IMG/VR virus record: IMGVR_UViG_3300027899_001695
Coordinates: 1 to 64,000 of that record
Reading direction: 5' to 3' (one strand)
DNA: 64,000 bases
From: a virus
In this document: in pieces, positions 59,755 to 64,000 of the stretch
Numbering within the stretch: position 1 is the stretch's first letter
Layout of the letters: every line of letters starts with the position of its first letter
Notes under the pieces: generated by a model
What the model was told of the DNA's origin: nothing
Databases searched by the model: none
Seen by the model: only the letters and a program-made list of their open reading frames with translations
Position numbers and translations under genes: made by a program

Positions 59755-60069
59755 TTATACTCCTTTAGAGACATCTTTCAAACTATCTAGCTTTGTATTA
59801 ATTCCTTTTCCCCACATTTTTATTTTAATTGGTTCGTTATTTCCAAACTTCTTGTATACTCTGCATATCTCACAGATGGAAGTATCATCCCCTGTTGCAC
59901 CGAAGTCATTGAGTTTGCAGTAAGTCCCTTCAATTTCCCAACAATGTAGGAACGTGTATTTAGGTGCAGGACAGTCACGCTTAATCATCTCAGGACAATG
60001 GCACTTGTCCCAACAGGCTTCTGTGTCTTGCCATACACTTGTTTTGGTTTCCATTTCTATCTTATTCAT
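59755..60069 (-). CDS. Two-CW-type Cys-rich protein; only credible minus-strand gene
   Basis: CW..CHCP....CPA.....CWEIEGTYC...C..C.VY; AGGAGG RBS; TTGACC-N18-TATAAT promoter at 60126-60097. Confidence 0.75.
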   Translation of the reverse strand: MNKIEMETKTSVWQDTEACWDKCHCPEMIKRDCPAPKYTFLHCWEIEGTYCKLNDFGATGDDTSICEICRVYKKFGNNEPIKIKMWGKGINTKLDSLKDVSKGV

Positions 60070-60177
60070 GATTTCCTCCTACTTGATTTATACCTTATTA
60101 TATAGTATAATAGGATGGTGGGTCAATAGAGCAAAAGGCGTAATCGGATATACGCATAAATGCTTAGAGTATGGGGT

Positions 60178-60208
60178 AGGTAGCTTCAAAACCCCCCTGT
60201 GCTATACT
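60178..60208 (+). promoter_or_regulatory. Putative early promoter, copy 1
   Basis: AGGTAGCTTCAAAACCCC..TGTGCTATACT, 29/31 identical to 63894-63924; extended -10 TGcTATACT. Confidence 0.7.
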
Positions 60209-60273
60209 GTCCACAGAGAGAAAAAATGCGAAGAAAAAGACAAAAAGCAATTAAAAATGTGGAGAAAAAGAAA

Positions 60274-60910
60274 ATGCTTATTAATGAGATTAAATGTACT
60301 CTTGCAGAATGCCCTCATTATCATGCTTGGCATAATGGTAAGTATCCTACTGATGGAAGATTGTGTGCTTATTATCCTAATTTAAGTACTACTCATTGTA
60401 ATAAATGGACAAGGATAGATGAATTTAAGTTGTTTTTAGCAATTCATAAGGAGAAACGAAATGTCGAGAAGTTATAAACATATTGCTTGTTATACAGACC
60501 ATAATGCTTCTACATGGAGAAGAAAGCGTTGGGCATCCAAAGCTATTCGTAGGAAGATACTTGAGTTAGTAGATGGTAATATGTATAAGAAAATATATGA
60601 AACTTGGGCTATTTGTGATTATCGTTTTAAGGTAGGATTTAAGATACCTAACCATTGGTCATACGAAGATTTAGCTAAAGCAAGGAGAAAGTAAATGGAA
60701 TGTAAAGAATGTAACAATGCTATTGTGCATGTTGATGGAGTAACGGCCCATATACAAGGAGAGTGGCACGTAGTAGAACGTAAAGCACGTATGGTTAAAG
60801 CACATAAATGCGGTTATCATTTAAACTGCTTTGAGTATAGGTTTGACCCTTTTAAACGATGTCTATTAATAAAAAAAGCGGAGAAAGAAGAAAATGAAAA
60901 CAGAGATTAG
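60274..60910 (+). CDS. Three small early-region hypothetical proteins (ending 60477, 60694, 60910)
   Basis: Tiled ORFs with GGAG RBS. Confidence 0.5.
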
Positions 60911-61529
60911 ATGGTGTTCAGATATAGGACTGTATGTACTTGATAGGTCGAAAGACTCTTGTGCTTATCGTACTACATTTTGTGTCTTGAACTGTTATAA
61001 CAATAAGATGTATAAGGTATTCAAGAATATGCTCAAGAAAGATGTAAGAAATGAAGCATATTGGGCATCACTTACACCAAAGGAATTTGCTCGTGGATTA
61101 AGATATAAGCGTCATAGTGTAGCAAGATTTAGGTTCTGTGCAAGAGGAGAGCCGTTTGATGATGGTAGTGCTGTTGTTAAGATAGCAGATATAGTATCAT
61201 CATTTCCAAATATACTATTTCAGCTTCCTACAAGGGCATGGCGAAATCCTTTAATGAAACTATTAATTGAAGATAGAGTTATGAAGTTTCCCAATGCAAG
61301 AGTAATAGCTTCAATTGACCCATCAAATACAGAGAAAGAATTATTAAGTGCTCATGAATGGAGAACATTCTTCTTTGGTGATGATACTAAGCATCCATAT
61401 GAGAATGAAAATCCTAATCGAGTATTTAGATGCCCAAAAACATGGCAACATATGAAAGGGCATTGTGAGATATGTGAAGCAGGGTGCTTTAATAAGGAGA
61501 AGAAACACGTATGGCTAAAACAGCATTAG
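60894..61529 (+). CDS. Gp88-like (radical-SAM-related) phage protein
   Basis: SC......C...CY, RFRFCARGE, CP........CEICEAGC. Confidence 0.6.
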   Translation: MKTEIRWCSDIGLYVLDRSKDSCAYRTTFCVLNCYNNKMYKVFKNMLKKDVRNEAYWASLTPKEFARGLRYKRHSVARFRFCARGEPFDDGSAVVKIADIVSSFPNILFQLPTRAWRNPLMKLLIEDRVMKFPNARVIASIDPSNTEKELLSAHEWRTFFFGDDTKHPYENENPNRVFRCPKTWQHMKGHCEICEAGCFNKEKKHVWLKQH

Positions 61530-63899
61530 AAATAAAAAAAGATAGGTTGTTGGGGAGACGTTATGTGCTTTATAGTGATATAAAGTGGGAATGTACTCAT
61601 GACAATAAAATAATAAATAGGCTTAAAATATCAACAAAAGATGGAAAAAGTTTATATCCAAACCATTTCTATCTAAGCGACCATGACTATCTTACTGTAC
61701 CAATGATGTGTGAACAATGCTTCAAGAAAAAGCGATTGTTACTGGCATTGGGTGGAAGAAAGTTAGAACGGATAGATAAATGATAAGTATAGAACATGCA
61801 CAAGCCTTATGTGAACTTGTATCAGAAATACCGAAATTTCAAAATTGTAACCATCCTATCTTTTGCAAACTTGCTCCACAAGGTGGTTGTGTTGTGTGGC
61901 ATAATATAGACCCATTTAAACGCAAGTTACTGGAGATAAAATATAAGGAGAAAAATGAGCGAAACAGTATCAAATGATTATTTCTGTACTTTGGAATTAG
62001 ATAATATCAAGAAATGCAGAGTACGTCTTAATACAGGAAGTCTTATGGGGTTAGGCAATAGGATTGTCTGCTCTCATAAATACAACATGTATAAAGAACT
62101 GAATGACCCAAAGCAGTATGGCTGTGAACGAGTGTCTTCTATTGGGCAAGTAAAGTCAGAACTACTTTGTCTTATTCAAGACCCATTCAAGAAGACTTTG
62201 CTAAAAGCAAAAGCAAAAATACTATTCAAAGAATTGGCACGTAAGGAGAAGAAAAATGAAAATTCTTAAAACAGAGGACATTAAAACAGCACTCGTAGCA
62301 TGGCTAAAAACAGCATATACAGACAATTATGAGATAGATGCAGGACATTATTATACATCGATTCGTATGAAAGATGTAGGTAGTGTAGAGTTACATTTTC
62401 TTAAGAGACGCCATATTCGTGTAAAAGGAATGACTGGAGAGCAGTTAATTGGTGGTGGTGTTTCGTTTAATGGTAGGCGTGATGGTGATATGCTTGTTCA
62501 TGGTGGTGCTAAGAGCGATTTTGGCGTCTTTGATGAAGTAGAGTTTAAAAGACGTATTGATGCTCGCTTTAAGGGCAAGATAGAACAAGCCGAAGCTTCT
62601 AAGAAATCACAGCAAGAATGGAAAGATAAATGTGTCACTTTAGACCCAATACTAACAGCCATTGGGTTTACTCTCGATAATAGATATTCTTGGCAAAAAG
62701 CATGGGAGTATGACCGTAAAGTAAGTATAAATCTGCGTCAAGGGTCTAAATTAAGTATAGACCTGCATAGTCAGAATATATCCGAAGAGGAAATACTAAA
62801 ATTGGCTAAAGTAATAAAGGAGACTTTAAGTGGAGAACTTACAAGTAATACTATCTGAATGTCTTAAAATGGTAGATATAACAGGAGAGGTTAAAGCTAC
62901 TGATAGAGAGTTTCACTATATCTTAGATGGTATGGTGGTAGAAAATAAACATGTGATTAAACATATGTCTAAAGATATCATAGCTAAACCTGTCTTTCAG
63001 TTGTTGCATGATTGGCTTATTTGTGATAAAATGGATTATATCATGAATAGGCAACATATCATGACAATAGCATCAGGATATTTAAGCAGATATAAAGATA
63101 TATTTGCTGTTGATTTATATCCTTTAACCGCAAAAATAAAAATAGAAGAACCAGTACTAATTAAGGAGAAAAAACGTGGAAAATTCAAAAAAGCTATGCC
63201 CAAACTGCAATAGAGAACTCGCTCCCGCAGGAGTAAACAGTGCAAATGAGTTAGCCTATCAATGTGGGCATTGTCTCTTGACTGGTGGTACTCTTGCAGA
63301 AATGGCAAGAATAGCAATAGAGAAAAAGAAGCGAGTAGAAGCTACCGCTTCCTTATTCAAATGCAAGATGTGTAATGAGAGTGTGCCATCTACCAAAATA
63401 AATCTTGCTGATACATTTCCAACTGGAATGTTAGAACTTATACATGTTTGTGATGATTGTATGCCACTTTTGGCTATATCGGAAGCAAAACGTAGGGAGA
63501 AAATAAATGACACAAGAAGAGCGTAAAGAGTTTGATGAACTTATATGTGGTTCAACCTGTTTTTCAAGACCTTGTTGTATAAGACGTACTGCCGCACATC
63601 AATTAGTATATTCTGATGGCATATACCATTGTTCTATGCACTCATATTGTTCACGAGTAACGCCTGTTCGTGGTAAGATTGCTAAATGGGTAGGTCGGTA
63701 TGAGGGCAAGAATGATGCTTTTAAGATTAACTTAATAAATCGTAAACTCAAAGCCTTAAAAACTGAGATTAAGGCAAGCACAATGAAACTGATTACACAA
63801 AATGGTAAAACATGGGTGGAAGTAAATGGTATGGTGGTATCGCCATCACGCTTTTCTTCGCAATGGTGGAAATTCAAGTTTGAGCGAGAAGAGAGGTAG
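61511..63899 (+). CDS. Run of small early-region hypothetical proteins, many Cys-rich; several share a DPFK motif
   Basis: Overlapping stop/start tiling; FDPFKR, IDPFKR, QDPFKK. Confidence 0.5.
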
Positions 63900-63950
63900 C
63901 TTCAAAACCCCTGTGTGCTATACTAAAGAACAGGTGGAAAACCACCTGTT
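63894..63950 (+). promoter_or_regulatory. Putative early promoter, copy 2, followed by a 5' hairpin
   Basis: Repeat of 60178-60208; AACAGGTGG-AAAA-CCACCTGTT at 63929-63950. Confidence 0.7.
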
Positions 63951-64000
63951 ACTGATAGTAGGAGAGAAAAGAAATGTTTTTATTTATCACAATAAGTTTA

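Noticed and set aside
1780-63877. Numerous minus-strand and nested ORFs in the six-frame track (e.g. 29051-29602, 45757-46437, 41250-41717)
   Set aside because: Shadows of well-supported + strand genes, with no RBS or recognisable motifs
1-64000. Alternative genetic code (TGA or TAG reassignment)
   Set aside because: Genes are full length in code 11, and TGA/TAG end genes at ATGA overlaps and proper domain ends

Overview
A 64-kb segment of a large, AT-rich tailed dsDNA bacteriophage (siphovirus-type: tail tube, no sheath), almost entirely encoded on the + strand. Gene order: neck/tail module (1-9914: adaptor, terminator, tube, frameshifted tail chaperone, short tape measure, hub/fibre); putative lysis cassette (9938-12450); replication/recombination (DnaB, primase, SSB, PolA, RecA, Cas4-like nuclease, RuvC-like, class II RNR); a divergent tubulin/FtsZ-family GTPase; a glycosyl-/methyltransferase cluster; terminase (2 inteins); portal (1 intein); a ~19-kb block of low-complexity modular proteins; prohead protease (1 intein); then a terminator and an early region of small ORFs. 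No major capsid gene is recognisable in the window. Sigma70-like promoters, GGAGG ribosome-binding sites and DnaB/DnaG/PolA/RecA indicate a bacterial host, and several indirect clues point to a peptidoglycan-poor anaerobe such as Dehalococcoidia (inference). Top observations: (1) a LAGLIDADG+wHTH element with no Hint splicing domain inserted in frame at the catalytic Cys of a papain-like peptidase; (2) an array of putative capsid-loaded polyproteins sharing an amphipathic helix and Lys-based candidate cleavage sites, carrying GNAT, HNH, glycine-zipper and HEAT modules; (3) a dispersed (A/T)-tract-GCGG-purine-tract motif seen at least 33 times on both strands, including inside genes. All calls come from reading motifs by eye; no database searches were run.
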